Shown: in pieces, positions 1 through 12,511 of the stretch
How the letters are laid out: each line of letters begins with the position of its first letter
Position numbering within the stretch: the first letter of the stretch is position 1
Assembly (NCBI RefSeq): GCF_964204645.1
Contig: NC_134035.1
Coordinates: forward strand, 7,348,451-7,412,450
Length of the DNA stretch: 64,000 nucleotides
From: Tubulanus polymorphus
Taxonomy: Eukaryota > Animalia > Nemertea
Direction: 5' to 3'
Translations under genes and position numbers: made by a program
The notes under the pieces: model-generated
What the model was told of the DNA's origin: nothing
Seen by the model: only the letters and a program-made list of their open reading frames with translations
Database searches by the model: none

Positions 1-164
1 TCTTTCAAAATTTTCTGCTTTGTCAAGTTTTGTTTGTGAGATTTCAATTTTGTCTGTGAGCGCCCACTATCCCCCGTTATCCCCGATCCTACCTCATACA
101 ATACTTTGGCATTCTCTGTTTGTATTGCTCTGGACAGCTGCCCTAAGCCATCCTTGCTACAGCC

Positions 165-1175
165 CTAATTAGTCCGCTGTTGTCGATTCGTATTCCGACG
201 GCAATATCTGCTAATATGTCCAGGTAAACCACATTGATAACAAATGATGTTTCTATTTTCCGTTGCAAAGGTAGATTTCGCTGGCCCCCTGCAATTTGTA
301 GCCATATGTCCAATTATGTTACACCTGTAACATCGACCTCTAAACGTAGGGTAGCGAAATCTATTGTTTGTAGCTCCATTTCGCGCGTACGTAATCGCTT
401 CAAACGGTCGTTGAATTCGCGTAAGAGCCCGACTTTCCTGTGCCATCGTCTCCTCCTTTCGTTGTTTAATTTCTAGCTGATTTATTCTTGTTTTCAGTTC
501 GTCCCACTCCGCGTTGGCTGTCTCGACTTGATGAACACCAGGGCCATCTATTTTCAACATCTGGACTACGTTACTAGCCATTTTGATGGCTTTGTCCAGA
601 TCCTCTGGCATTTGCGTCCAAACGATTTTGCGAATGTCCGCGGAGAGACCGTCAATAAACGTACTCAACGTCACATGCGCGGGTAATTCCAATTCATTCG
701 CTCTCCGTTTAACATCGTCTGCGAAACTGTCTACTGTTTGGCCTGAAACCATGCGCATGTGTTTCAGCTGGTGAGTTTTTAGCATTTTTCGATCCGGGTT
801 ATTATATCGCTGATTAAACGCTTGTAATAAATTATTCCACACGCGTTTTTTATCTTTATCGACACCTAAATACCAAGAGCGAGCTTCTCCCCTCAAAAAC
901 AAGGGAAAGCTCCTCAGTATCTGACGGTCACTCCATGCCATGAGTTTTACGTATTGTAAAAATGCGTCCAACCATGGTTCCGGATCGTTTGTTCCGTCAA
1001 AATGTTCTGGTTTCAGCCCGCTTACGCCTTTCGGGACAATGATTATTTCATCGTCACTATCATTGTCGTCGTCTTGTCCTACAGCCGGATTGGCTGGTCC
1101 CACGGCCGGTTGCTGTCCCGCGTTTGCCATCCCCAACAGTTGTGCTTTTCGTTTAACGGGTTGGTTATAAAACAT
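165..1175 (-). CDS. Ty3/gypsy LTR-retrotransposon Gag (capsid plus two CCHC zinc knuckles); element runs off the window start
   Basis: KPEHFDG...WL..F...FLRGEARSWY retrotrans_gag pattern; CYRCNIIGHMATNC and CYQCGLPGHISRYC knuckles; PBS and LTR upstream. Confidence 0.9.
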   Translation of the reverse strand: MFYNQPVKRKAQLLGMANAGQQPAVGPANPAVGQDDDNDSDDEIIIVPKGVSGLKPEHFDGTNDPEPWLDAFLQYVKLMAWSDRQILRSFPLFLRGEARSWYLGVDKDKKRVWNNLLQAFNQRYNNPDRKMLKTHQLKHMRMVSGQTVDSFADDVKRRANELELPAHVTLSTFIDGLSADIRKIVWTQMPEDLDKAIKMASNVVQMLKIDGPGVHQVETANAEWDELKTRINQLEIKQRKEETMAQESRALTRIQRPFEAITYARNGATNNRFRYPTFRGRCYRCNIIGHMATNCRGPAKSTFATENRNIICYQCGLPGHISRYCRRNTNRQQRTN

Positions 1176-1260
1176 AAACCAGAGTTTTTATAAATCGATT
1201 CAAAGTTTTGTATAATGTCACTCACCACTAGCTTGGCTGCGAGACCGGAATTCTGCCGCT

Positions 1261-1271
1261 ATTCTCCACCA
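1261..1271 (-). promoter_or_regulatory. primer-binding site TGGTGGAGAAT (tRNA-Ala-like) of the gypsy element
   Basis: starts TGG, 1 nt after an ...ACAACA LTR end, upstream of gag. Confidence 0.7.
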
Positions 1272-1272
1272 G

Positions 1273-1614
1273 TGTTGTGGGGGTCCTCTTTCCCAGTGTC
1301 CGGGTGACGTGTGTTGACCACGTGCGTTGTTTGCGTTTCACCAGCGTAGTTCCTTGGGGTTCTTCTCATAAATTAACTACAACTAGCTTCTTCTATCGAT
1401 CCAGATCTTTATTCTTATACTCTCTTCTTACAATCTTCCTAGCACGTCCCCTCTAGTTCTAACCACTAGCTCAACCGACCCAGCTCTACCGACCAAGCTT
1501 TCGACCCCACTGCATTAAAACCCTCCCTTTTTATACTTATTCTTCCTTCGCTCGTGACGTATATTTCCACACCGCTTGGCCTCATCGCCAGAGACGTCTT
1601 ATTCTATTACTACA
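1273..1614 (-). mobile_element. 5' LTR of the gypsy element (outer boundary uncertain, could extend toward 1860)
   Basis: minus strand TGTAGT...ACAACA termini, TATAAAAAGGG near 1530, AATAAA near 1410; no second LTR in the window to confirm. Confidence 0.5.
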
Positions 1615-1872
1615 GTCCTACTGGCCATGTAAATCATTTCTACGTGTGTTATACGTCACGAGCGCTAAATTTATAACTCAACTTTCCAGAGCTCAAGGCT
1701 GCTGCTATAACAAGCTTTCCCACGTAGACACCCACGTCACTCTCACCTATCTTCTATGCTTCTCTCTTATGTGTGACGTAATTATTCACGTAGGTCGCCT
1801 GCTAACCGCAACTACTGCCTTGAACTCCGGCTTATTTCCCACTGTCTAAATAGGTAATTTATTACTCCAATA

Positions 1873-2783
1873 GCGCCAGAACGCCAGAACGCCAAAACGA
1901 AAAAAAACGTCCAATTTTCTCTAAAAGTTCGTTTTGGCGCGCCAAAACAAAGAAAATTCCGTTTTGGCGCCCCCGCCAAAACGAACTTTCATTTTGGCGC
2001 CCCCGCCAAAACGAACTTTCGTTTTGGCGCCCCCACCAAAACGACGAAAAACGTCGAAATTTCTCTAAAAGTTCGTTTTGGCGCGCCAAAACGGAGAAAA
2101 TTCCGTTTTGGCGCCCCCACCAAAACGAACTTTCGTTTTGGCGACCCCGCCAAAACAACGAAAAACGTCCAACTTTCTCTGAAAGTTCGTTTTGGCGCGC
2201 CAAAACGGAGAAAATTCCGTTTTGGTGCCTCCACCAAAACGAACTTGCATTTTGGCGCCCCCGCCAAAACGAACTTTAAACCACGTAAAATAATTCTATA
2301 TATACGTAAAATATTTTCATATATGCAAATTTATGCAAATTACACACAAGATCAACGCGCCAAATTGAAAAATTGGACGTTTTTCGTTGTTTTGGCGGGG
2401 CGCCAAAACGAAAGTTCGCTTTGGCGGGGGCGCCAAAATGAAAGTTCGTTTTGGCGGGGGCGCCAAAACGGAATTTTCTCCGTTTTGGCGCGCCAAAACG
2501 AACTTTTAGAGAAATTTCGTCGTTTTTCGTTGTTTTGGTGGGGGCGCCAAAACGGAATTTTCTCCGTTTTGGCACGCCAAAACGAACGTTTAGAGAAATT
2601 TCGACGTTTTTCGTTGTTTTGGCGGGGGCGCCAAAACGAAAGTTCGTTTTGGTGGGGGCGCCAAAATGAAAGTTCGTTTTGGCGGGGGCACCAAAACGGA
2701 ATTTTCTTTGTTTTGGCGCGCCAAAACGAACTTTTAGAGAAAATTGGACGTTTTTTTCGTTTTGGCGTTCTGGCGTTCTGGCG
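1873..2783. mobile_element. foldback-type non-autonomous element: two ~410-bp inverted arms built of GGCGCCAAAACG subrepeats around a ~95-bp AT-rich spacer
   Basis: 1873-2277 is the reverse complement of ~2372-2783; both outer ends read GCGCCAGAACGCCAGAACGCCAAAACG. Confidence 0.85.
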
Positions 2784-3204
2784 CCCTCATTTACATACCA
2801 GGAATTTTACGCTATGTTCCTTATTAGCCACCATAGACATCTAGTGTTTACATGTACATTTTCTGTTACGGACCCGTCACGATACTTTGGCACGCCAAAA
2901 CGAACGTTTAGAGAAATTTCGACGTTTTTCGTTGTTTTGGCGGGGGCGCCAAAACGAAAGTTCGTTTTGGTGGGGGCGCCAAAATGAAAGTTCGTTTTGG
3001 CGGGGGCACCAAAACGGAATTTTCTTTGTTTTGGCGCGCCAAAACGAACTTTTAGAGAAAATTGGACGTTTTTTTCGTTTTGGCGTTCTGGCGTTCTGGC
3101 GCCCTCATTTACATACCAGGAATTTTACGCTATGTTCCTTATTAGCCACCATAGACATCTAGTGTTTACATGTACATTTTCTGTTACGGACCCGTCACGA
3201 TACT
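2568..3204 (+). repeat. 318-bp tandem duplication covering the foldback right end and the start of the GPCR pseudogene
   Basis: 2568-2885 repeated at 2886-3204 (offset 318). Confidence 0.9.
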
Positions 3205-4030
3205 CGGCATCGCTTTGAACACCATCACAATTCTAGTGTTGAAGTATTTGAGCAATGAAGTTTATAATTTGATCAAAGTTGTAGCTATTTTTGATTTATC
3301 TTATAGTACAAGTGTATTCATCATGTACCCTCTTCGTATAATGCGCATTTATATACATTTAGGAGACGTTCTATTCCACCACGATGACTGGCATTACGGT
3401 TGGGAATTCAAACAAGTGGCTTATGGACCATTGTTCTTCAACAAACTCGGAACTGGTGCATCCTGCTGATTAGTTTAGAAAGAGGTGTCATTACACTATT
3501 CTGTTAAAATCACGATTATTCTGGACTCTGAATTATTCTGAATTTTCTAGTATTCTCTATTACTATATATGCATTTCTTTGTTATTTTCCGAACATGCTA
3601 CCGGCATGGCAACCAATTGCTTGTGTTAAGGGCCATGCTGGGATGACGCTTATTCGTGTCGGACATCATTTAACCTACTATTGAGGAGTACTGTTGAAAT
3701 GGCAGAAGTATTCAATTGCCTGGACAGGAGCAGATCCAATGTAATAGCACCGATGTGTTCACTGGCCATTTTCAATTTGATTTTGATACTCAGTTTGATA
3801 GTAAGCAAATCATCGAGCGGAAAAACATTGAATAGGAGTAGTTTAGAACTGAGAGTTTTACGAATGTCGTTTGCTTTAGTTTTTGTATACTTCACCTGAT
3901 CATTGATCCTGATCATTGACTGAATCATTGATCTTTATTGAAAAACTGGCCTTTGGCAAGGATAGCCGCCTAATCGTTTTCCAACCTATTCCAAGTTTGG
4001 GTGGATCACAATCATTATATGTTTACCGTA
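3100..4030 (+). pseudogene. diverged GPCR pseudogene, paralog of the tandem-array receptors
   Basis: MYIFCYGPVTILGIALN..LIKVVAIFDL..YPLRI..LGDVLF, RNWCILLISLER and ELRVLRM align to the array proteins but are split by frameshifts and stops. Confidence 0.85.
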
Positions 4031-4034
4031 AAAT

Positions 4035-4827
4035 GGCTTACTGTAATTACCGGAACGGAACGAAACGGAACGGAACAGGGACCGTATACCAAATTCAAAT
4101 GATAAAAATATTTTAGTACACGTATATCAAGTCGATGATACCGCTATTGTTATCACAATTATGTGTCGAATGACAAGTTTTTAATCAATGCGAGAGACAA
4201 TTGACTATTGGCGATTTGAAACATTCAGTACTATGGTTCCGTTCTAATGTTGATAAGTATTTTCTTAGTAGTACTATGTACATGTATGACAAAAAAGAAT
4301 AAGTCAGATGATAATGGAAGTGGATTTTAGTAGTGTTCTGTTCCGTTCCGCAAATTACAGTTACCCCCTAGTGAAACTGTATTTCCCGGAACGGAACGGA
4401 ACGGAACGGAACGAAGAAAATTAAATCATGTCTCTAAGCATTTACTTAGTACATGTAGAACTGTGTTATAAATATTAAACTGTATTTCCCAGAACGGAAC
4501 GGAATGAAGAAAATTAAATCATGTTCATAAGTATTTACTTTGTACGTGCGTAATAAATATGAATAGATTATCATATATATGTATGATTTTTTAACCATAA
4601 TGAAGTCCGTTTAACAGTACTATGGTTCCGTTCTAAGGACAATGAAGTCATGTTGATAATTTTTTTTAGTAGTACTATGTATGACAAAAATGAATAAATC
4701 AGGTGATAATGAAGTGGATTTTAGTAGTGTTCCGCAAATTACAGTTACCCCCTCGTGAAACTGTATTTCCCGGAACGGGACGGAATGAAGAAAATTTAAT
4801 CATGTTCATAAGTATTTACAGTAAGCC
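4035..4827. mobile_element. MITE-like element with GGAAC subrepeats and internal duplications
   Basis: TIR GGCTTACTGTAA ... TTACAGTAAGCC; (GGAAC)n runs; same left end recurs at 18411. Confidence 0.7.
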
Positions 4828-5976
4828 ACAATACTGTATATGTACAGACCCAGGAGCACCGGGCCGTGTAGTCGGATAAAATAACTGGTGCCGCCCAGGA
4901 ACGATAAGATATTGGAAGAAAGAATGGTCGAGGGGTACAGAGGCTCCAGGGTTAGACCCAGGTCTTCATACAGATACACAATTAGTTTTTGCGCCTCTAC
5001 AATAGTAAAATGGAAACAATATTTCAATATTTTCCAGCAATTCCAGCTTGATTCGGTTTTGTCTTCAGTAAACATACAATATGGAATATATATGGGAGCT
5101 CAGCAATTAACGGCTCAGTAACCGTCAGTATCAATGGTCGAGTTTTAACGGACATTTTAAGCACACAAGCCCAAACCTATATAGCTGCATCATATCTGAA
5201 ATTCTGGACACAAAGTACATATTGTGATTCATCATCGAATGTGCGGCTGAGACTCGAACTGGGGGCTCTCAAGTGCAAACCCAGACTGTCTACCACTAGA
5301 CCATAAAGTTCTGGTGACTGCCCAGGTTTGTAAGTTTGTCTGGTCAGTGTAGCGACTGGTGACTGGTCACGTGTGGTGGCTGTTAGATAATTTCCAAGGT
5401 ACCTACAGTTCTCAGTTGTAAATGATGATGTCTGATAAAATCCTGATGTTGAGGAATGCAGTAAACTCTGCATACATGTACATCATTTATTAATGGTATA
5501 AGAATAGCTTAAATTTCAAAGTATGTCAAATTTCTGCTGTGAAAATTAACAATTTTAAATTGCGAAATAACGAGGTGTTTTCGATGGTTCATGATACTGA
5601 TATCGCTGCAGCCGCTAATTAGGTGTTGGTCGACACCAGACACAATCTACATGTATTTCTCACTCTGATTAGAGATTGGACCGTGCATCACCCGCTCCGA
5701 AAGATGGAAAAATTCAGTAAACGCCGCATCTGAGTCTCTTGAAAATATCTCACTGATATTAGCGTCGTGTTAATTGTAAGTTCGAATAATTCCGCGCAAA
5801 TTACAGGATTATTTCACGGTTGGTAAAAACTGCTTGTTGTCGAAACTAAATCGTCGAAAAGAGACAAGTTTATAGAGAATCAGCCTCTGAAGACTGTGGA
5901 CTCAACATTCAATTGACTCTTCACTTAGAGACAATTCAACCATTAGAACAGTCTTACACAGAGGTTCTGCTGATAA

Positions 5977-7062
5977 ATGTTTGATAACATTTCTAGTATC
6001 AGTACCACAATGAGTGGTCCAGCAATGAAACTCACCTCGTGTCAACGGTTTCAAACTCATCCGGTTCAATTCAGATTAAAATTCAATGTTATAATGTATT
6101 TGGGATGTCATCTTCCTGCGTCAGTACTGGGTATAACATTTAACGCATTCACGCTGTTTGTTCTAAAACAATTTAAATCTGATGTTTATTTCCTCATCAA
6201 AATTCTCGCTGTAAACGATCTTTTGTTTATGATCACGACATTCATTCTGTATCCGCTGAGAACTGCGTACATTTACGCCGTTTTGGGAGATATTGTGTTT
6301 CGCGAGAACGAATGGAATTTTGGGTGGATTTTTATTTCAATATCTTTGCCGTTTTTCTATATATTTCAGATGACACGTAACTGGTGCACTGTACTGCTCA
6401 GTTTCGAGCGGTTAATCGTCGTATTGTTTCCAATTAAATCCCGTAAAATTCCCAAAAAGTTAATCTCGAAATATACGATGTTGTTTATTTCATTGCTCGG
6501 ATTTTGTGGACATTTTGGTCAGTTTGTACCCAGACTACATCTTGGATTCCTGAACTGTCCAGACTATTGGCCATTCATCACGTGGCGTGTCAGGAAAATC
6601 CGTTACACCAGTATTAACATTGGATACTGGATCTACCGATTATCGGAGAGGTTTTTATTCCTGTACCTAACTGTTATGTTTCCAATGTGCTTTTTAGTTT
6701 TTATCAATTCAATTCTTATTTCGGTGACATTTTACCGTCGGGTTACTCGACGTTCAGAACTCGGTGTAACTGATGATTCGTCTAGAAGAGAAATGAGGGT
6801 TCTTAGGATGGTTTTATCAGTAGTTCTTGTGTTTATTGTTTGTGAAGGTTCCGGTTTTGTCGACCGTTTAAGAGATTTAGGTTACATTTCGTTTCATTTC
6901 CCCGTTGGTTTTAGACAAATCACTTTGGCATTTTCAATCATTGATTCTTCAGTAAATTTTATCGTATATTGCGTGACAAATGAAAAATTCAGAAAAACAG
7001 CTTTTAAAATATTGTGCATGTACAAGAGTATAGTACAGACCCAGGAGCATCCGGCCGTGTAG
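5977..7062 (+). CDS. class A GPCR, FMRFamide-receptor-like/chemoreceptor-like, copy 1
   Basis: 361 aa, seven hydrophobic segments, LAVNDL (TM2), SFERL (DRY equivalent), DSSVNFIVY (TM7), N-terminal NIS sequon. Confidence 0.9.
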   Translation: MFDNISSISTTMSGPAMKLTSCQRFQTHPVQFRLKFNVIMYLGCHLPASVLGITFNAFTLFVLKQFKSDVYFLIKILAVNDLLFMITTFILYPLRTAYIYAVLGDIVFRENEWNFGWIFISISLPFFYIFQMTRNWCTVLLSFERLIVVLFPIKSRKIPKKLISKYTMLFISLLGFCGHFGQFVPRLHLGFLNCPDYWPFITWRVRKIRYTSINIGYWIYRLSERFLFLYLTVMFPMCFLVFINSILISVTFYRRVTRRSELGVTDDSSRREMRVLRMVLSVVLVFIVCEGSGFVDRLRDLGYISFHFPVGFRQITLAFSIIDSSVNFIVYCVTNEKFRKTAFKILCMYKSIVQTQEHPAV

Positions 7063-8705
7063 TCGGATAAAATAACTGGTGCCGCCCCGGAACGATCAGA
7101 TATTGGAAGATAGAATGGTCGAGGGGTACAGGGGATCCAGGGTTAGACCCAGGTCTTCATACAGATACACAATTAGTTTTTGCTCCACTACAACCACTAC
7201 AATAGTAAAATGGAAATAACAATATTTCAATATTTTCCAGTAATTCCAGCTTGATTCGGATTTGTCTTCAGAAAACATTCAGTATGGAATATTTACGGGA
7301 GCTCAGAATTTAACGGTTTCCAGCTCAGTAACCGTCATTATCAATGGTCGAGTTTTAACGGACATTTTAAGCACACAAGCCCAAACCTATATAGCTGCAT
7401 CATATCTGAAATTCTGAACACAAATTACATATTGAATTGAATTGAATTGAATTGAATTGAATATTGTGATTCATCATCGAATGTGCGCATAAAGCGAGGT
7501 TTGCACTTAGCCCACTCACGTCCATGAAATCAATCTGAAGGAATGTCTACATGTTTATTCAAAATAGGAAATATTTCAACTAAATAAGACATAGAAATAG
7601 AAACATGTAAATATCAAGTCTTTTGGTACCAAAAAATAGACCCGATCCAGAACAACCCGCCGCACTCCACTTAAGCGCTTGACTCGAAAGAGCTGAAGAA
7701 AGCCCAAATTCCAACAGGTATCAAACCGAAATTTCAAGTTCACTGCAGTTATCAGTTCTAAAAATGATGATTGCTGATAATATCCTGCATTAAATTCTGA
7801 ACTCAGCCAATTTAGTCTCTTCAAAACTCGGCCTTTTTCAAAAATATCAGAATTATTCCTAGATGATGGGCACTAACTAACCCTAACTGACACATAATCC
7901 TAGGTGTTCCGATACTCTATCCCTAAATGGTATTAACCCTAACACCTAGGTCCGCCATAACCCTAGGTCGGCTGAGACTCGAACCGGGGACTCTTAAGTG
8001 CAAACCCGGACTGTCTACCACTAGAACATAGAGTTCTGGTGACTGCCCAGGTTTGTAAGTTTGTCTGGTCAGTGTAGTGACTGGTGACTGGTCACGTGTG
8101 GTGGCTGTTAGATAATTTCCAAGGTAACTACAGTTCTCAGTTGTAAATGATGATGTCTGATAAAATCTTGATGTTGAGGAATGCAGTAAACTCTGCATAC
8201 ATGTACATCATTTATTAATGGTATAAAAATAGCTTAAATTTCAAAGTATGTCAAATTTCTGCTGTGAAAATTAACAATTCTAAATTGCGAAATACCGAGT
8301 TGTTATCGATGGTTCATGATATTGAAATCGCTGCAGCCGCTAATTAGGTGTTGGTCGACACCAGATAAAATCTACATGTATTTCTCACTCTGATTAGAGA
8401 TTGGACCGCGCATCACCCGCTCCGATGGATGGAAAAATTCAGTAAGTGCCGCATCTGAGTCTCTTGAAAATATCTCACTGATATTAGCGTCGTGTTAAAT
8501 TTAAGTTTGAATAATTCCGCGCAAATTACCGGATTATTTCACGGTTGGTTAAAACTGCTTATTGTAAAAACTAAATCGTCGAAAAGAGACAAGTTTATAC
8601 GGAGAGAATCAGCCTCTGAAGACTGTGGAAGCTACATTCAATTTACTCTTCACTTAGAGACAATTCAACCATAAGGACAGTCTTACACAGAGGTACTGCT
8701 GATAA

Positions 8706-9792
8706 ATGTTTGATAACATTTCTAGTATCAGTACCACAATGAGTGGTCCAGCAATGAAACTCACCTTGTGTCAACAGTTTCAAACTCGACCGGTTAAATT
8801 CATATTAAAATTCAATGTTATAATGTATTTGGGATGTTTTCTACCTGCGTCAGTACTGGGTATAACATTTAACGCATTCACGCTGTTTGTTCTAAAACAA
8901 TTTAAATCTGATGTTTATTTCCTCATCAAAATTCTCGCTGTAAACGATCTTTTGTTTATGATCACGACATTCATTTTGTATCCGCTGAGAACTGCGTACA
9001 TTTACGCCGTTTTGGGAGATATTGTGTTTCGCGAGCACGAATGGAATTTTTGGGTGGATTTTTATTTCAATATCTTTGCCGTTTTTCTATATATTTCAGA
9101 TGACACGTAACTGGTGCACTGTACTGCTCAGTCTAGAGCGGTTAATCGTCGTATTGTTTCCTATCAAATCCCGTAAAATTCCCAAAAAGTTAATCTCGAA
9201 ATATACGATGTTGTTTATTTCATTGCTTGGATTTTGTGGACATTTTGGTCAGTTTATACCCAGACTACATCTTGGATTCCTGAACTGTCCAGACTATTGG
9301 CCATTCATCACGTGGCGTGTCAGGAAAATCCGTTACACCAGTATTAACATTGGATACTGGATCTACCGATTATCGGAGAGGTTTTTATTCCTGTACCTAA
9401 CTGTTATGTTTCCAATGTGCTTTTTAGTTTTTATCAATTCAATTCTTATTTCGGTGACATTTTACCGTCGGGTTACTCGACGTTCAGAACTCGGTGTAAC
9501 TGATGATTCGTCTAGAAGAGAAATGAGGGTTCTTAGGATGGTTTTATCAGTAGTTCTTGTGTATATTGTTTGTGAAGGTTCCGGTTTTGTCGACCGTTTA
9601 AGAGATTTAGGTTACATTTCGTTTCATTTCTCCGTTGGTTTTAGACAAATCACTTTGGCATTTTCAATCATTGATTCTTCAGTAAATTTTATCGTATATT
9701 GCGTGACAAATGAAAAATTCAGAAAAACAGCTTTTAAAATATTGTGCATGTACAAGAGTATAGTACAGACCCAGGAGCATCCGGCCGTGTAG
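8706..9792 (+). pseudogene. GPCR copy 2, +1 frameshift in T run 9047-9051 (real or sequencing error)
   Basis: five T versus four in copies 1, 3 and 4; otherwise intact. Confidence 0.8.
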
Positions 9793-11425
9793 TCGGATAA
9801 AATAACTGGTGCCGCCCCGGAACGATCAGATATTGGAAGATAGAATGGTCGAGGGGTACAGGGGCTCCAGGGTTAGACCCAGGTCTTCATACAGATACAC
9901 AATTAGTTTTTGCTCCACTACAACCACTACAATAGTAAAATGGAAATAACAATATTTCAATATTTTCCAGTAATTCCAGCTTGATTCGGATTTGTCTTCA
10001 GAAAACATTCAGTATGGAATATTTACGGGAGCTCAGAATTTAACGGTTTCCAGCTCAGTAACCGTCATTATCAATGGTCGAGTTTTAACGGACATTTTAA
10101 GCACACAAGCCCAAACCTATATAGCTGCATCATATCTGAAATTCTGAACACAAATTACATATTGAATTGAATTGAATTGAATATTGTGATTCATCATCGA
10201 ATGTGCGCATAAAGCGAGGTTTGCACTTAGCCCACTCACGTCCATGAAATCAATCTGAAGGAATGTCTACATGTTTATTCAAAATAGGAAATATTTCAAC
10301 TAAATAAGACATAGAAATAGAAACATGTAAATATCAAGTCTTTTGGTACCAAAAAATAGACCCGATCCAGAACAACCCGCCGCACTCCACTTAAGCGCTT
10401 GACTCGAAAGAGCTGAAGAAAGCCCAAATTCCAACAGGTATCAAACCGAAATTTCAAGTTCACTGCAGTTATCAGTTCTAAAAATGATGATTGCTGATAA
10501 TATCCTGCATTAAATTCTGAACTCAGCCAATTTAGTCTCTTCAAAACTCGGCCTTTTTCAAAAATATCAGAATTATTCCTAGATGATGGGCACTAACTAA
10601 CCCTAACTGACACATAATCCTAGGTGTTCCGATACTCTATCCCTAAATGGTATTAACCCTAACACCTAGGTCCGCCATAACCCTAGGTCGGCTGAGACTC
10701 GAACCGGGGACTCTTAAGTGCAAACCCGGACTGTCTACCACTAGAACATAGAGTTCTGGTGACTGCCCAGGTTTGTAAGTTTGTCTGGTCAGTGTAGTGA
10801 CTGGTGACTGGTCACGTGTGGTGGCTGTTAGATAATTTCCAAGGTAACTACAGTTCTCAGTTGTAAATGATGATGTCTGATAAAATCTTGATGTTGAGGA
10901 ATGCAGTAAACTCTGCATACATGTACATCATTTATTAATGGTATAAAAATAGCTTAAATTTCAAAGTATGTCAAATTTCTGCTGTGAAAATTAACAATTC
11001 TAAATTGCGAAATACCGAGTTGTTATCGATGGTTCATGATATTGAAATCGCTGCAGCCGCTAATTAGGTGTTGGTCGACACCAGATACAATCTACATGTA
11101 TTTCTCACTCTGATTAGAGATTGGACCGCGCATCACCCGCTCCGATGGATGGAAAAATTCAGTAAGTGCCGCATCTGAGTCTCTTGAAAATATCTCACTG
11201 ATATTAGCGTCGTGTTAAATTTAAGTTTGAATAATTCCGCGCAAATTACCGGATTATTTCACGGTTGGTTAAAACTGCTTATTGTAAAAACTAAATCGTC
11301 GAAAAGAGACAAGTTTATACGGAGAGAATCAGCCTCTGAAGACTGTGGAAGCTACATTCAATTTACTCTTCACTTAGAGACAATTCAACCATAAGGACAG
11401 TCTTACACAGAGGTACTGCTGATAA

Positions 11426-12511
11426 ATGTTTGATAACATTTCTAGTATCAGTACCACAATGAGTGGTCCAGCAATGAAACTCACCTTGTGTCAACAGTTT
11501 CAAACTCGACCGGTTAAATTCATATTAAAATTCAATGTTATAATGTATTTGGGATGTTTTCTACCTGCGTCAGTACTGGGTATAACATTTAACGCATTCA
11601 CGCTGTTTGTTCTAAAACAATTTAAATCTGATGTTTATTTCCTCATCAAAATTCTCGCTGTAAACGATCTTTTGTTTATGATCACGACATTCATTTTGTA
11701 TCCGCTGAGAACTGCGTACATTTACGCCGTTTTGGGAGATATTGTGTTTCGCGAGCACGAATGGAATTTTGGGTGGATTTTTATTTCAATATCTTTGCAG
11801 TTTTTCTATATATTTCAGATGACACGTAACTGGTGCACTGTACTGCTCAGTCTAGAGCGGTTAATCGTCGTATTGTTTCCTATCAAATCCCGTAAAATTC
11901 CCAAAAAGTTAATCTCGAAATATACGATGTTGTTTATTTCATTGCTTGGATTTTGTGGACATTTTGGTCAGTTTATACCCAGACTACATCTTGGATTCCT
12001 GAACTGTCCAGACTATTGGCCATACATCACATGGCGTGCCAGGAAGATCCGTTACACCAGTATTGACATTGTATACTGGATCTACGTATTTTCGGAGAGG
12101 TTTTTATTCATGTACCTAACTGTTATGTTTCCAATGTGCTTTTTAGTTTTTATCAATTCAATCCTTATTTTGGTGACATTTTACCGTCGGGTTACTCGAC
12201 GTTCAGATCTCGGTGTAACTGATGAATCGTCTAGAAGAGAAATGAGGGTTTTAAGGATGGTTTTATCAGTAGTCCTAGTGTTTATTGTTTGTGAGGGTTT
12301 CGGTTTTGTCGACCGTTTAAGAGATATAGGTCACATTTGGTTTGATTCCTCCGTTGCTTTTAGACAAATCGCTTTGGCATTTTCAATCATTGATTCTTCA
12401 GTAAATTTCGTCGTTTATTATGTGACAAATGACAAATTCAGGAAAACTGCTTTTAAAATATTGTGCATGTACAGGAGTATAGTACAGACCCAGGAACACC
12501 CAGCCGTGTAG
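11426..12511 (+). CDS. GPCR copy 3
   Basis: intact 361-aa ORF, same motifs. Confidence 0.9.
   Translation: MFDNISSISTTMSGPAMKLTLCQQFQTRPVKFILKFNVIMYLGCFLPASVLGITFNAFTLFVLKQFKSDVYFLIKILAVNDLLFMITTFILYPLRTAYIYAVLGDIVFREHEWNFGWIFISISLQFFYIFQMTRNWCTVLLSLERLIVVLFPIKSRKIPKKLISKYTMLFISLLGFCGHFGQFIPRLHLGFLNCPDYWPYITWRARKIRYTSIDIVYWIYVFSERFLFMYLTVMFPMCFLVFINSILILVTFYRRVTRRSDLGVTDESSRREMRVLRMVLSVVLVFIVCEGFGFVDRLRDIGHIWFDSSVAFRQIALAFSIIDSSVNFVVYYVTNDKFRKTAFKILCMYRSIVQTQEHPAV

Noticed and set aside
1862-3218. Many overlapping ORFs rich in RQNE/GAPK repeats; superficially CRISPR-like periodicity
   Set aside because: Translations of foldback subrepeats; no unique spacers, no cas genes, eukaryotic context
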